Shown: positions 10,903 to 21,065 of the stretch, one piece after another
How positions within the stretch are numbered: the stretch's first letter is position 1
Layout of the letters: the number at the start of each line of letters is the position of its first letter
Source of the DNA: an uncultured Clostridia bacterium
GTDB taxonomy: Bacteria > Bacillota > Clostridia > Christensenellales > QAND01
NCBI GenBank assembly: GCA_964533965.1
Contig: CAZHNN010000002.1
Span: 107,538-171,537 of the forward strand
Length of the DNA: 64,000 nt
Reading direction: 5' to 3'
Position numbers and translations under genes: made by a program
The notes under the pieces: model-generated
The model's database searches: none
What the model saw: only the letters and a program-made list of their open reading frames with translations
What the model was told of the DNA's origin: nothing

Positions 10903-12336
10903 TCATGCTTCGGTAAACCGAGTCAAAAGCCCTGTCACGATCCGATACAGCCTATCCACCGATGGCAGATACAGCCATTCGTCCGGCGTATGCACATCGT
11001 GCTCCTCGGCGCCGGTTGCAATGATGTCCAGCTGCGGAGCCTTGCTGTACAGAAGGCCGCATTCAAGGCCTGCGTGGATGGCTTCGATGTTGATCTCGCT
11101 GCCAAAAAGCCCACGGTATACTTCCTGCAGGATTGTCCGCGCTTTGGAATCGGGGTTGTATTTCCATCCCGGATAACGGTTGTAGGCGCGCACGTCACAT
11201 AAAAACGCCTCTCCCAACAACCTCAGGCGGGTCTCGGTTTCATCCTGCTTGCTCTCCACGCTCGAGCGCGGTGAAAACGTGAACAGAACAACATTTCCTT
11301 GTGTCTTGATGATGCCCAGGTTGACCGAAGTCTCCACCAGATCTTCCATGCTGGGACTCATGGAGAGCACGCCGCTTGGCGCGATCATCAACAGCGATAC
11401 GATATCCTTCGTATCCTTGCTGCTCATCTGCTCTTTTACATCATCCGTTTTGTCGACTGTAACCTGGAACCCCTTGTCGGGTTCCCCAAGCTCCAATCGT
11501 ATCGTCTGTGCCATAGCCTTGGCTGCATCGATGAGTTCCACAGGATGCTGCGTTGTCAGAAGCACAAAGCATTCGCGCGGGATCGCATTCTCCTTGCTGC
11601 CGCCTTCGATGCTAACAAGATGGAACGGCGGAAGTGCCTGCAGGATGCGCCCCATCAGCTTGATGGAGTTGGCGCGGTGCCGGTTGATGCAGGAGCCGCT
11701 GTGCCCGCCCATCAGCCCCGTCAAAGAGATCTTAAGTGCCTCCCCGGACGCCTTTTCGGGCGCAATCCGCTTTGTCCAATCTACGCGCATGCCGCCGGCA
11801 CAGCTTACGATGGCGGTGTTCTCGGGCCCGGAATCAAGGTTGACCATGGTGGACGCCGTGATCCAACTCCCATCTACCGCATGGGCGCCTACGAGTCCTA
11901 CCTCTTCCTGCGATGTAAACAGGCATTCCAACGGCGGATGTACAAGCGTATCGTCCGCCAATATCGAAAGCATCATGGCGACCGCAACGCCGTTGTCAGC
12001 GCCTAGCGTCGTCCCGTTGGCCCGCAATTTGTCACCGTCAAGCACCAACTCGATCGGGTCTTTTTCAAAATCGTGCACGGTCGCCGCGTTCTTCTCACAC
12101 ACCATATCGGTGTGCCCCTGCAATAGCACGGCGGGAAGAGCTTGTTTATCCTTTGACCCCGGCTTTTTGATCATCACGTTATGGATCTGGTCGCGCAAGC
12201 AGGTCAATCCATGCTCTTTAGCAAACGCTTCCAGATAATCCGCGATGCCGGCTTCGTTGCCCGATCCGCGCGGGATGGCGCTGATCTTTGCAAAATAGAC
12301 AAAGAATTCCTTGGGTTCCCAATCTGACAATGTCAT
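10903..12336 (-). CDS. pepD: aminoacyl-histidine dipeptidase (M20C, PepD-like)
   Basis: PepD pattern (FAKISAIPRGSGNE.., LQGHTDMV, FTSQEEVGL). ATG at 12336 follows GGGAGGA, and the upstream part of the track ORF overlaps the neighbouring gene. Confidence 0.85.
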   Translation of the reverse strand: MTLSDWEPKEFFVYFAKISAIPRGSGNEAGIADYLEAFAKEHGLTCLRDQIHNVMIKKPGSKDKQALPAVLLQGHTDMVCEKNAATVHDFEKDPIELVLDGDKLRANGTTLGADNGVAVAMMLSILADDTLVHPPLECLFTSQEEVGLVGAHAVDGSWITASTMVNLDSGPENTAIVSCAGGMRVDWTKRIAPEKASGEALKISLTGLMGGHSGSCINRHRANSIKLMGRILQALPPFHLVSIEGGSKENAIPRECFVLLTTQHPVELIDAAKAMAQTIRLELGEPDKGFQVTVDKTDDVKEQMSSKDTKDIVSLLMIAPSGVLSMSPSMEDLVETSVNLGIIKTQGNVVLFTFSPRSSVESKQDETETRLRLLGEAFLCDVRAYNRYPGWKYNPDSKARTILQEVYRGLFGSEINIEAIHAGLECGLLYSKAPQLDIIATGAEEHDVHTPDEWLYLPSVDRLYRIVTGLLTRFTEA

Positions 12337-12350
12337 GTCCTGTCCTCCCG

Positions 12351-13334
12351 TTATTTCTTCCATTGTATGGTTTGCCCCAATGGCACGATAACACTTTGAT
12401 AATAGGCGGCATCCAGCGCCGGGCGAAGCGTGCTGCTCACCCACAGATACCGGATTTTTCCGCCCGTTTTCTGCACCTGAATGCTGGCGCGGTTGATTTT
12501 GCCTTCCTGCAGGCAGGTCATGGTATAGACGCCGCTTATTTGCTTGAACGAATAATCGAATACATCCTCGTATTTTGCAAGGTCTTTGAGGCTTTGAATG
12601 ACGCCGTTAAATTCGGACTGTGTCACTGTTGCCAGTTCCACGCGGTATGTGTTGTCACCACTTGCCACGTCAAAGGACAGCGTGACATACCCGTGCTCGG
12701 CATCGCCTTGCGGATTGAGCATCCAATCCGGCGGCGCCTTTACCAGAAGCTCAAAATCGCTCTTGAAATCGTAGGTTTGAAGGGCCATATCGACGGCTTG
12801 CGGATTGGCGTCGGTACTCACTGTCACGCTTTGCAGCATCGCCAGCAGATTGCTCCGCTCCTTTGCATAGGAGTCGTTGTCCGCAGTCTGAAGCACGGTG
12901 CGCATGTAGAGCTTGGCGGATGTTCCGTACCAATCTCGGCTCCCTTCAAAGGCGATGGTATGCGCCCCGCTCTCCACGCCTGTGATGATCTTTCCGGCAT
13001 ACGGGCCTGCGGAATATACCTGCTCCTGCACGTCGTCCATCTCGATCTGCTGCAAAAAGACGTTGCCCTTGACCTGCTCTTCGTTCATCCATAAAAATTG
13101 AATGACCATCGTGCCGCCGGTAAACGTAAACGCAGCCCCCAAGCCGTCTGACGTATCGTCATCCTGGTATTGCCATGACTTTGGAAATGAAAATGCCGTT
13201 TGGGAAACATAGCTTTCAAAATGAGACAACGAAGCCGCGGCTGTAGGACTCGGCTGTACGTTTTGTGGTTTTTGGCAGCCCGCAAATAGAAGGCTCATCG
13301 CCAGAATCAGCGCCGCTGTTTGTAACCGTTTCAT
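12351..13334 (-). CDS. hypothetical lipoprotein
   Basis: MKRLQTAALILAMSLLFAGC lipobox. No family recognised. Confidence 0.6.
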   Translation of the reverse strand: MKRLQTAALILAMSLLFAGCQKPQNVQPSPTAAASLSHFESYVSQTAFSFPKSWQYQDDDTSDGLGAAFTFTGGTMVIQFLWMNEEQVKGNVFLQQIEMDDVQEQVYSAGPYAGKIITGVESGAHTIAFEGSRDWYGTSAKLYMRTVLQTADNDSYAKERSNLLAMLQSVTVSTDANPQAVDMALQTYDFKSDFELLVKAPPDWMLNPQGDAEHGYVTLSFDVASGDNTYRVELATVTQSEFNGVIQSLKDLAKYEDVFDYSFKQISGVYTMTCLQEGKINRASIQVQKTGGKIRYLWVSSTLRPALDAAYYQSVIVPLGQTIQWKK

Positions 13335-13562
13335 CCTTTGCTCCTCATCTGTGCTTTGTCTTTATCATACCCGCAAGTTCAAGTCAATGCAAGGCAATAC
13401 GGATGTCGCAATCTTGACAAAACCACTTGACTGCTAAGGTTGTGTATGTTTTAATTAATATCGCTTTATGTTAAGCAACGCTAAACAAAATGTTTAGAAT
13501 ATGTTTATGGCCCTCCGGCAAACCGCAAGGAGTCAACCCGGAAAGCTATCGGAAAGGATAGG

Positions 13563-14108
13563 GTGCCTGTGCTCATCGGAAAGAAGATACAGCAGCTTCG
13601 CTTGAAGTACGGCCTGACCCAGGAGGAGCTCGCCAACCGGGCGGAACTCTCCAAGGGCTTCATCTCCCAGCTGGAACGCGATCTGACCTCGCCTTCCATC
13701 GCCACGCTAATGGATATCCTGCAGTGCCTTGGAGTTAGCCTTAAGGAATTCTTCACCGAGGAGCGTATGGACAAGGTAGTCTTTACACCCGGCGAGCTGT
13801 TCACAAAGTCGGACGAAGCCTATGGTACAGCCGTTACCTGGCTTGTGCCGCATGCACAAAAAAACCGCATGGAACCCATTTTGTTTACGCTTGAACCTGG
13901 AAAACAAAGCGTGATGGATGATCCGCATGAAGGCGAGGAATTCGGATACGTGCTCGCAGGCAACGCCATACTCATGCTGGGCAACCAAAAATACAGGATC
14001 AAAAAGGGCGATTCCTTTTGCTATATGCCTTCCCAGGCGCATGGCCTGTACAACCATGGCAAAACGCAGCTGCGCATTCTATGGGTATCCGCCCCGCCTA
14101 GTTTTTAA
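13563..14108 (+). CDS. XRE-family HTH regulator with C-terminal cupin domain (PuuR-like)
   Basis: N-terminal HTH ([20 protein letters not shown]) and a cupin ([12 protein letters not shown]). Directly upstream of potABCD. GTG start. Confidence 0.8.
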   Translation: MPVLIGKKIQQLRLKYGLTQEELANRAELSKGFISQLERDLTSPSIATLMDILQCLGVSLKEFFTEERMDKVVFTPGELFTKSDEAYGTAVTWLVPHAQKNRMEPILFTLEPGKQSVMDDPHEGEEFGYVLAGNAILMLGNQKYRIKKGDSFCYMPSQAHGLYNHGKTQLRILWVSAPPSF

Positions 14109-14125
14109 TACAGGAGGTCGTCTTT

Positions 14126-15226
14126 TTGGCAGATCGTATCATCGAATTAAAAGGGATTTTCAAGAGCTTTGAGGGTGAAGCCGCGTTGGACGGCATCGAC
14201 CTGTATATAAGAAGGCGTGAATTTCTCACTTTATTGGGCCCGTCCGGATGCGGCAAGACCACGATGCTTCGCATCATTGCAGGATTTGAAAGCCCCGATG
14301 CAGGGGACCTTTTGTTCGAAGGCGCCCGCATCAACGACGTACCGCCCTACAAACGCCGCGTCAATACCGTGTTTCAACGATATTCCCTGTTTCCTCATCT
14401 GAACGTTTTCGACAATATTGCCTTCGGCCTTTCGATCAAGAAGCTTCCCAAGGCGGAGATACAAAAGCGTGTTCTGGACATGCTGGAGCTTGTTGGCCTG
14501 CACGGCTTTGAAAAACGCAAGCCCGATTCCCTTTCCGGTGGACAACAGCAGCGCGTAGCAATAGCGCGGGCGCTGGTCAACGAGCCCGAAGTGCTGCTAT
14601 TGGACGAGCCTTTGGCGGCGCTGGACCTGAAGATGCGCAAGGAGATGCAGCTTGAACTCAAGAAGATGCAGCAGCGCCTTGGCATCACCTTCGTCTATGT
14701 TACGCACGACCAGGAAGAAGCGCTGACCATGAGCGATACCATCGTCGTCATGTCCCGCGGGCAGATACAACAGATCGGAACTCCTGTGGATATCTACAAC
14801 GAACCCGTCAACTCGTTCGTAGCGGATTTCATCGGTGAGAGCAACCTGCTGGAAGGCAGGATGGTGAGCGATTACCTCTGCCATTTCGCGGGCTGCGATT
14901 TCCGCTGCCTGGACAAAGGGTTTGCAAAGAACGAAGAGGTGGAGATCGTCGTCCGTCCGGAGGACATCGATATCGTACCCGTCGACAAGGGCATGATTAC
15001 CTGTGCTGTGCAGTCCATCGTCTTCATGGGCGTGCATTATGAGATCAAACTGCTGGGGCAGGACGGAATGGAGTGGACGGTGCATTCGACCGATCCCGTT
15101 GAAGTCGATCAGGAGGTCGGCCTCTCGCTTGATCCCGATGCCATCCATGTCATGAAGGTGTCGGATGAGCCGTTGGCCAACGAGCAGGAGGAGATGGCCC
15201 AGGAAGAGGAAGGGGGAGACGCATGA
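14126..15226 (+). CDS. potA: spermidine/putrescine ABC transporter ATP-binding protein
   Basis: Walker [25 protein letters not shown] and a TOBE-like C-terminus. TTG start after AGGAGG. Confidence 0.9.
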   Translation: MADRIIELKGIFKSFEGEAALDGIDLYIRRREFLTLLGPSGCGKTTMLRIIAGFESPDAGDLLFEGARINDVPPYKRRVNTVFQRYSLFPHLNVFDNIAFGLSIKKLPKAEIQKRVLDMLELVGLHGFEKRKPDSLSGGQQQRVAIARALVNEPEVLLLDEPLAALDLKMRKEMQLELKKMQQRLGITFVYVTHDQEEALTMSDTIVVMSRGQIQQIGTPVDIYNEPVNSFVADFIGESNLLEGRMVSDYLCHFAGCDFRCLDKGFAKNEEVEIVVRPEDIDIVPVDKGMITCAVQSIVFMGVHYEIKLLGQDGMEWTVHSTDPVEVDQEVGLSLDPDAIHVMKVSDEPLANEQEEMAQEEEGGDA

Positions 15227-16044
15227 AGCGATCCGCCTATGCCGGACCCTATCTCATATGGATGTCTATCTTCATTGTCATACCGCTCGCCATCGTGCTG
15301 TATTATGGCTTTACTTCCTCTTTAGGCGGTATACACTTTACTTTTGCCAACATCGCTCGCGCGTTCGACCCCGTGTACATCGGCGTTTTCCTCAAAAGCG
15401 TTCTGATGGCGGCGGAGGCGACGATTCTGTGCCTGTTGATCGGCTATCCGCTGGCGCTTTCCCTAGCATCCCGAAACTTTAAAAGGGGAGCCACCATTCT
15501 GATCCTCATCGTCATCCCGATGTGGATGAACTTTCTACTCCGAACATATGCCTGGATGAACCTGTTGAACGATACTGGCCTTGTGGCGCAGGCGCTTCGG
15601 TTACTTGGTGTGCAGAACGTGTCTCTGTTGTACAACAACACCGCCGTCATCGTGGGCCTCGTGTATAACTTTTTGCCGTTCATGGTCCTGCCCATCTATT
15701 CGGTCTTAATCAAGATCGAACCACACCTGTATGAGGCGGCGGAGGATCTGGGCGCAAACTCGCTTCGCGTGTTTGCGCGTGTGACGCTGCCGCTTTCGAT
15801 GCCGGGGGTGGTTTCGGGCATTACGATGTGCTTCATGCCCGCGATCACCACCTTTGCAGTCTCCCGTCTTTTGGGCGGCGGCCTCGTTCCGATGTACGGC
15901 GAGTTGATCGAGAACCAGTTCTATTTCATGCGTGACTGGCACTTTGGCGCGACCTTATCCATCGTGATGATGGCGCTCGTGCTCTTGAGCAGCGTCTTGA
16001 TGCACAAATACGACAAGGACGCGCAGGGGGGCATGTTATGGTAA
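15223..16044 (+). CDS. potB: spermidine/putrescine ABC transporter permease
   Basis: Six-TM permease with the EAA-type loop ([10 protein letters not shown]). ATGA overlap with potA. Confidence 0.9.
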   Translation: MKRSAYAGPYLIWMSIFIVIPLAIVLYYGFTSSLGGIHFTFANIARAFDPVYIGVFLKSVLMAAEATILCLLIGYPLALSLASRNFKRGATILILIVIPMWMNFLLRTYAWMNLLNDTGLVAQALRLLGVQNVSLLYNNTAVIVGLVYNFLPFMVLPIYSVLIKIEPHLYEAAEDLGANSLRVFARVTLPLSMPGVVSGITMCFMPAITTFAVSRLLGGGLVPMYGELIENQFYFMRDWHFGATLSIVMMALVLLSSVLMHKYDKDAQGGMLW

Positions 16045-16820
16045 AGAAAACGCTCAGATGGGTCTTGATCATAGTCGTGTTGCTCTTCCTTTATGCGCCG
16101 ATCGTCATGCTGATCGTCTATTCGTTTAACGCCGGTCGCAGCATGGGGCACTGGGGCGGTTTTTCGCTTACCTGGTACAGCCAGTTGTTCTCGGACAGCA
16201 CCATCATGCAATCGCTGTGGGTCACGCTTTCGGTGGCTCTGATCGCCTCTGTAAGCGCAACGATCCTCGGTACGTTCGCAGCAGTGGGCATTCATGCGAT
16301 GAAGCGCAAACGCGCAACGGCTGTGGAGAACATCACCTATATTCCCATGCTGGCACCGGACATCGTCACCGGCATTTCTTTGATGCTGCTGTTCATCTTT
16401 GCAGGTTTCAAGCTGGGGTACGGCACGATGGTACTGGCGCACATCACCTTCAACCTGCCCTATGTCATCTTCTCGGTGCTGCCCAAGCTGCGCCAGGTGC
16501 CGCAAAATCAATATGAAGCCGCCATTGATCTTGGCGCAAAGCCGCACACAGCGCTCTGGCGTGTCATCTTCCCGCAGATCCTGCCGGGCATACTGACCGG
16601 ATTGATCTTTGCGTTTACGCTGTCCATCGACGATTTCGTCATAAGTTATTTCACCTCGCAGGACGTTTCCAACCTGTCCATGACCATCTATTCGATGGCG
16701 CGCCGCGGGCTCAACCCCAAGATCAACGCGCTGTCGACACTGATGTTTGTAGCCATATTGGCGCTGCTGATCATCATCAACATCCGCAATAGCAGACAAT
16801 TGAAAAAGGAGAGAGCATAG
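16038..16820 (+). CDS. potC: spermidine/putrescine ABC transporter permease
   Basis: Permease with YEAAIDLGAK loop. Overlaps the potB stop. Confidence 0.9.
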   Translation: MVKKTLRWVLIIVVLLFLYAPIVMLIVYSFNAGRSMGHWGGFSLTWYSQLFSDSTIMQSLWVTLSVALIASVSATILGTFAAVGIHAMKRKRATAVENITYIPMLAPDIVTGISLMLLFIFAGFKLGYGTMVLAHITFNLPYVIFSVLPKLRQVPQNQYEAAIDLGAKPHTALWRVIFPQILPGILTGLIFAFTLSIDDFVISYFTSQDVSNLSMTIYSMARRGLNPKINALSTLMFVAILALLIIINIRNSRQLKKERA

Positions 16821-17879
16821 ATGAAAACGTTTGGCAAATTTCTGGCCCTTTGTCTTTCGGTCCTGTTCGTCGTAACCCTCGCCGGATGCGGTAGCGGTAC
16901 CGCAAAGAAAACAACGCTTCGGATCTACAATTGGGGAGATTACATCGATCCCGATGTCCTCTCGGCGTTCAAAAAGGACAATCCCGATATCGATGTCATC
17001 TACGATACCTACGATTCAAACGAAGCGATGCTGGCAAAGCTGGATGGCGGCGCCCAGTATGACATCCTGTTCCCCTCCGATTACATGGTGGAAAAGCTGA
17101 TCGCCGACAACAGGCTCGCAAAGCTCGATCTGTCCAAGATCGCCAACTTCAAGAACATCGACGATCAGTTCAAGAATCTCTCGTTCGACAAAGGCAATGC
17201 CTATTCCGTACCGTATACTTGGGGCACACTCGGCATCCTGTATAACACGAAAAAGGTCAAGGAAGCTGTGAATTCTTGGGGAATCTTGTTTGATAAGAAA
17301 TACAAGAGTCAGGTTATCATGTACGACAGCGTACGCGACAGCATGGCAGTGGCGTTGAAGTTCCTCGGCTATTCGCTCAACGACCGCGATCAGTCTCATC
17401 TGGACGCCGCAAAGGCACTGTTGAAGAAGCAGAAGAGCGATGGCATCGTCAAGGCGTACATGACAGACACCATCAAGGAGACCATGATGAGCGGCTCAGC
17501 GGCCTTGGGCGTCGTGTATTCAGGGGATGCGATTCTCTGCATCGAAGAGAACCCGGACCTCGCCTATGTCGTGCCGAACGAGGGCAGCAACATCTTCTTT
17601 GATACTATGGTGATTTCTAAGGACTGCAAGAACATGGATGCGGCGTACCGCTTCATCAACTATATCTGTGACGCGAACGTCGCAGCGAAGAACTACGAAT
17701 ATGTGGGGTATCCCACGGTAAACAAAGCCGCTGTTGCGATCATGAGGGATGATTACACCTCCGACCCGATCAACAATCCCGGCCAGGACGTGCTCAAAAA
17801 GTGCGAGATCTACAACGATCTCGGAAGTGATTATACCGCGATCTACAATCAGATCTGGGAAGGCATTAAGCTACAGTAG
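16821..17879 (+). CDS. potD: spermidine/putrescine-binding lipoprotein
   Basis: Lipobox LAGCGS and PotD/PotF-type binding-protein pattern. Last gene of the pot operon. Confidence 0.9.
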   Translation: MKTFGKFLALCLSVLFVVTLAGCGSGTAKKTTLRIYNWGDYIDPDVLSAFKKDNPDIDVIYDTYDSNEAMLAKLDGGAQYDILFPSDYMVEKLIADNRLAKLDLSKIANFKNIDDQFKNLSFDKGNAYSVPYTWGTLGILYNTKKVKEAVNSWGILFDKKYKSQVIMYDSVRDSMAVALKFLGYSLNDRDQSHLDAAKALLKKQKSDGIVKAYMTDTIKETMMSGSAALGVVYSGDAILCIEENPDLAYVVPNEGSNIFFDTMVISKDCKNMDAAYRFINYICDANVAAKNYEYVGYPTVNKAAVAIMRDDYTSDPINNPGQDVLKKCEIYNDLGSDYTAIYNQIWEGIKLQ

Positions 17880-17882
17880 CAC

Positions 17883-17909
17883 AAAAAAGCGCCGAAAGGC
17901 GCTTTTTTT
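17883..17909 (+). terminator. rho-independent terminator of pot operon
   Basis: AGCGCC-GAAA-GGCGCT followed by TTTTTT. Confidence 0.85.
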
Positions 17910-18384
17910 GTTTATGCATGTATTACACCCCACTTGTTACCGCAAGATTACATATGATATACTATATTTGCCAATAAAGTATCCCGTGGTCCGGTGAAAG
18001 GTCAATTCAACCTTGTGCTTGTATCCGACAAAACCGGAAACACCGTCATCTCCATTTCCTCTTATCCCCCAAGGTCCACATCGTCACACAGAACAAAGAA
18101 TGAAGCGCTTCGTTTGACAGCAACGAACTCGATGATTTTGCCATGTATAAGTGGAACGACTATGCGGATCGCATGGCGTCCGGCTTCCATTCCCTCTCTT
18201 ACAAACAAATATTCTTTCCGTTTGAATATGTCGGCCGATGCGGCGAATTATCATTTCGCTCAAATGGATCTTATCGCCATACTTGCTTGCTTCGAGCATT
18301 ATCTGCCTCAAAGTGAGCATGCCGCCTATCTGAAGAATAGCGGCTATTGATATAGATATCCAAACCTATTCCTAGGAGGCTAAA

Positions 18385-19137
18385 ATGAAACGTATCTCCG
18401 TTTTTCTTGTAATTCTGATCATTCTTGCTCTGTCGGGCTGCCAGCAGACAGTAGCCACATCGGTAGCAGCAACTCCCACACCGCAAGCCACTGGTGAGTT
18501 GCCCCCCATTGGATCTGATAAAAATTTAATTCCGCAAAAGTTGACTTCCACGCCGGCAAATATTGTAGCTTGGACGAAGGAATTCATAAAAAAACAGGGC
18601 ATGCCTGATGACGCCAAAGATCCGATGTTGATGATGTCAGATCCTGACAACATGATGTTGTTTATCTCCAGGGCAATCTGGTTACGCTCTAAGGATAAAA
18701 CCACAAAACAAGTGTATTATTACCTGGCCACCGACAAGGAACAAATCACTTCGTTTTCCATCTCCTCCTACAAAGGCACCGCCTCTTGGATCACGAAAGA
18801 TAGTAAGGCCGTAACCATCGATGAAGCCAAACTGACGGAAGCGGCAATACCCATATGGCATAGATATATTGAAAACGTTCATAACGGATTGACAAGGGAG
18901 ACAGGGGCAGGCATACAGGGAATCGGCAACGTTGAGATCATCAAAATAGGCGAATACAAAGGTGTGATGATCCCCTTCCGTGGCAAAGCGGGACCTTATG
19001 GTGAATATGGTGCCTTCATCTATTGGGGTACGGAACAGTGTACCTACGAGTGTACGCTAATTTCCACAGGTGAGAACTGGGCTTACTCCTATTATGAATT
19101 GCTGGAGTATTTAAGCCTCTTTAAGCCATTGAAATAA
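18385..19137 (+). CDS. hypothetical lipoprotein
   Basis: MKRISVFLVILIILALSGC lipobox and SD TAGGAGG. No family recognised. Confidence 0.6.
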   Translation: MKRISVFLVILIILALSGCQQTVATSVAATPTPQATGELPPIGSDKNLIPQKLTSTPANIVAWTKEFIKKQGMPDDAKDPMLMMSDPDNMMLFISRAIWLRSKDKTTKQVYYYLATDKEQITSFSISSYKGTASWITKDSKAVTIDEAKLTEAAIPIWHRYIENVHNGLTRETGAGIQGIGNVEIIKIGEYKGVMIPFRGKAGPYGEYGAFIYWGTEQCTYECTLISTGENWAYSYYELLEYLSLFKPLK

Positions 19138-19196
19138 TGCATATAAAAAAAAGCAGTAAGAATACTTGCCGCTCTTCTTTGTTTGGTTGTTCCTTG

Positions 19197-19420
19197 CTAT
19201 TCCAGCATCAGCCTTTTTACTGTCTGTTCCTGTTCACCATCGTACGACCCGTCAGGGTTGGATTCGTCGATGGGGAAAAAGGGTGCTGCTGCTCCTCCTT
19301 TTCATACAGGCGTACGACCATCTTTTCATACAAACTCAATTCGTTTACGCGGTACACCTGATCGAGCTTCAAGTGCAGGTAACCGTCGTACTCCCCTCAG
19401 GGGAGATCAGTGCATACCAC
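19197..19420 (-). pseudogene. decayed, internally deleted copy of the 176-aa gene at 21066-21596
   Basis: Minus-strand translation gives ..EYDGYLHLKLDQVYRVNELSLYEKMVVRLYEKEEQQHPF, then (after a frameshift) FPIDESNPDGSYDGEQEQTVKRLMLE-stop. This parallels KYDGYALIKLNQIYRVNELGEYEQKIERLYESEESKHAFFPVDESN...TVKRLLMLE-stop. The N-terminus and middle are missing. Confidence 0.75.
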
Positions 19421-19430
19421 AATCTGCCAT

Positions 19431-19841
19431 TCAGGCGGTAGCAGGAACTGCTTTTTGTTCAAAGCCCTTTGCCCCGGCCTCTAGCGGTTCCGCGCTGATG
19501 TACGTATTGCCCTTGAAGCTTGCGCCCTTCTCGATGGTGATCGCATTGGCTTTGACGTCACCAACCAGTTTTGCGCTTGAAAACAGGAGCATCTCGCCGT
19601 CTGCGGTGATATCCCCGTTAACACTCCCCGCTATCTGCACATTCTTTGCACAAATACTGCCAGCCACAGTCGAAGAGTTCCCAATCTGAACATTTCCAAA
19701 TGCAACGATATTCCCATTCACCTGTCCGTCGATGATAATGTTGCTCTTGGTTTGCAGGTCCCCCGTGATGACGGACTCCGGCGAGATATAGACATCGACT
19801 TTATTAACCGGAGCTTTTTGATTTTGCTTTGAATTCAACAT
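19431..19841 (-). CDS. bactofilin family protein
   Basis: Beta-helical repeat pattern typical of DUF583/bactofilin (ITGDLQTKSNIIIDGQVNGNIVAFGNVQIG..VAGSICAKNVQIAGSVNGDI). ATG at 19841 follows GGGGAGAG. Confidence 0.8.
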   Translation of the reverse strand: MLNSKQNQKAPVNKVDVYISPESVITGDLQTKSNIIIDGQVNGNIVAFGNVQIGNSSTVAGSICAKNVQIAGSVNGDITADGEMLLFSSAKLVGDVKANAITIEKGASFKGNTYISAEPLEAGAKGFEQKAVPATA

Positions 19842-19945
19842 GATTGCTCTCCCCACTCTGTTTAATTTTAACAGGACTGACAAATGTTCTTAATTGGAAT
19901 TGATAGGCAAGATTATCCATCATACTGCATACGCTTGTATTCCAA

Positions 19946-20749
19946 TCAATTGAGCACGCTGTTGCCGTTCTCAAAGGCATACATAACCATGGACTGGTGA
20001 ACCGGGCACTCTTTTCCCGATGCGTGGCCTCGGGAGTGCAGAAAATGTATGCAGAAATGTCCCGGAAACCCGTTGGATTGACTGGGATCATTCACATGCG
20101 GCATTCCATTCATCGAAGCAGCAATGTATCTATCACCGATGATCAACACGATCGCCCGTCTGTTCCATGTCCAATGGCCGCCGTAAATCTCATGCATGGT
20201 CTCGGTGTCTTCTTTTGTCAATGGTTCCGAGTCTGCATGGAAGTGACCGCCGGTTCGCCTCACATTGAAGCGAAGCCCCGTCTCGACATCGACAACCGTC
20301 ACGCTGGTATAGCGGGCATACAGCTCCGACCCGCCTTGAAACCAATCGAGAAGCTCAATTTTGCCGTTTCGCATGCCATTTGTACCTACTGAGTTGGTGA
20401 TTGCAGCGGTTTGAATGAACCCCTCAGGGTTGTCCTCATCATCCTCCACATTGGTAACCTGAACGGCCTGCTCCAACGATGCGATCGCATCGGACTTGAT
20501 TAGTATCTGTTCGGACTGTTCATCGATTGTCTTTTTCAATTGCGCGATTTGATTGGAATAGCTAACGGAACGCGCGGCAAATGCATGCATGAAGAAGGCT
20601 ACAATTGTGACCGCCCAAAAAATGCCCGCAAAAATAACGACAGCCGTATTTTTTTGCAAGCTAAGGCTGATCGGCTTTTTGCGCGCATCCGAAGCCGAAA
20701 AGATCATGATATTGTACTGACTTGTCTTCGTGGATTTACTACCGCTCAT
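19946..20749 (-). CDS. membrane-anchored coiled-coil protein with His/Cys-rich C-terminal domain (function unknown)
   Basis: One TM helix (AVVIFAGIFWAVTIVAFFMHAF), a coiled-coil stretch, and a C-terminal domain with GGHFHADSE..WTWNRRAIVL..MPH..GHFCIHFLHSRGH. Preferred start is ATG 20749 after GGTGGGAA; the track start at 20812 is a TTG. Confidence 0.55.
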   Translation of the reverse strand: MSGSKSTKTSQYNIMIFSASDARKKPISLSLQKNTAVVIFAGIFWAVTIVAFFMHAFAARSVSYSNQIAQLKKTIDEQSEQILIKSDAIASLEQAVQVTNVEDDEDNPEGFIQTAAITNSVGTNGMRNGKIELLDWFQGGSELYARYTSVTVVDVETGLRFNVRRTGGHFHADSEPLTKEDTETMHEIYGGHWTWNRRAIVLIIGDRYIAASMNGMPHVNDPSQSNGFPGHFCIHFLHSRGHASGKECPVHQSMVMYAFENGNSVLN

Positions 20750-21065
20750 TGCTGTTCCCACCGATCGATGTCGATTCATGTCAAATATGGGAAATTTTAT
20801 AAAATAAGTCAAGAGCGTTTACAGAAGTTTTACATATATATTTTATAGCAAATCATATGTAACACGAGTTTATATATTTTATAGAATATCAAATCGTATT
20901 TCATAATGATTTATGCGCTATATTTAATTTTGATCAATAATTAAATATACAACTGTTATATCAACAGACCCGATAGTAGAGACAATCTTTAGCGGTAAAA
21001 ATCAAGAAAGCGCCGCATGCTCTGGCACAGGGCATTAGGCGCTTTTTCCAGGCCCATGAACCGCT

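Noticed and set aside
10866-13392. Exact 14-nt direct repeat TCAAGTCAATGCAA at 10866-10879 and 13379-13392, flanking the pepD plus lipoprotein block (possible target-site duplication)
   Set aside because: Several exact 14-mer matches are expected by chance in 64 kb (about 2e9 position pairs against 2.7e8 possible 14-mers). There is no extended similarity beyond the core, no inverted repeats, no mobility gene and no compositional shift. It is treated as coincidence unless comparative data show an empty site.
15921-16799. 292-aa minus-strand ORF
   Set aside because: It is antisense to potB and potC, and its Arg/His/Asp/Gln-rich composition is typical of antisense frames. The pot permeases on the plus strand are clear.
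17994-18350. 118-aa ORF (and overlapping small ORFs) in the 500-nt gap between potD and the lipoprotein gene
   Set aside because: It has no SD and no recognisable family. Plausible-looking peptide stretches switch frame, so at best it is an eroded gene remnant. There is not enough evidence to annotate it.
20835-20883. Direct repeat TATATATTTTATAG (x2) in the AT-rich spacer at 20813-21065
   Set aside because: This is low-complexity AT-rich promoter and terminator spacer sequence, and a short repeat is likely by composition alone. No associated structure or gene was found.
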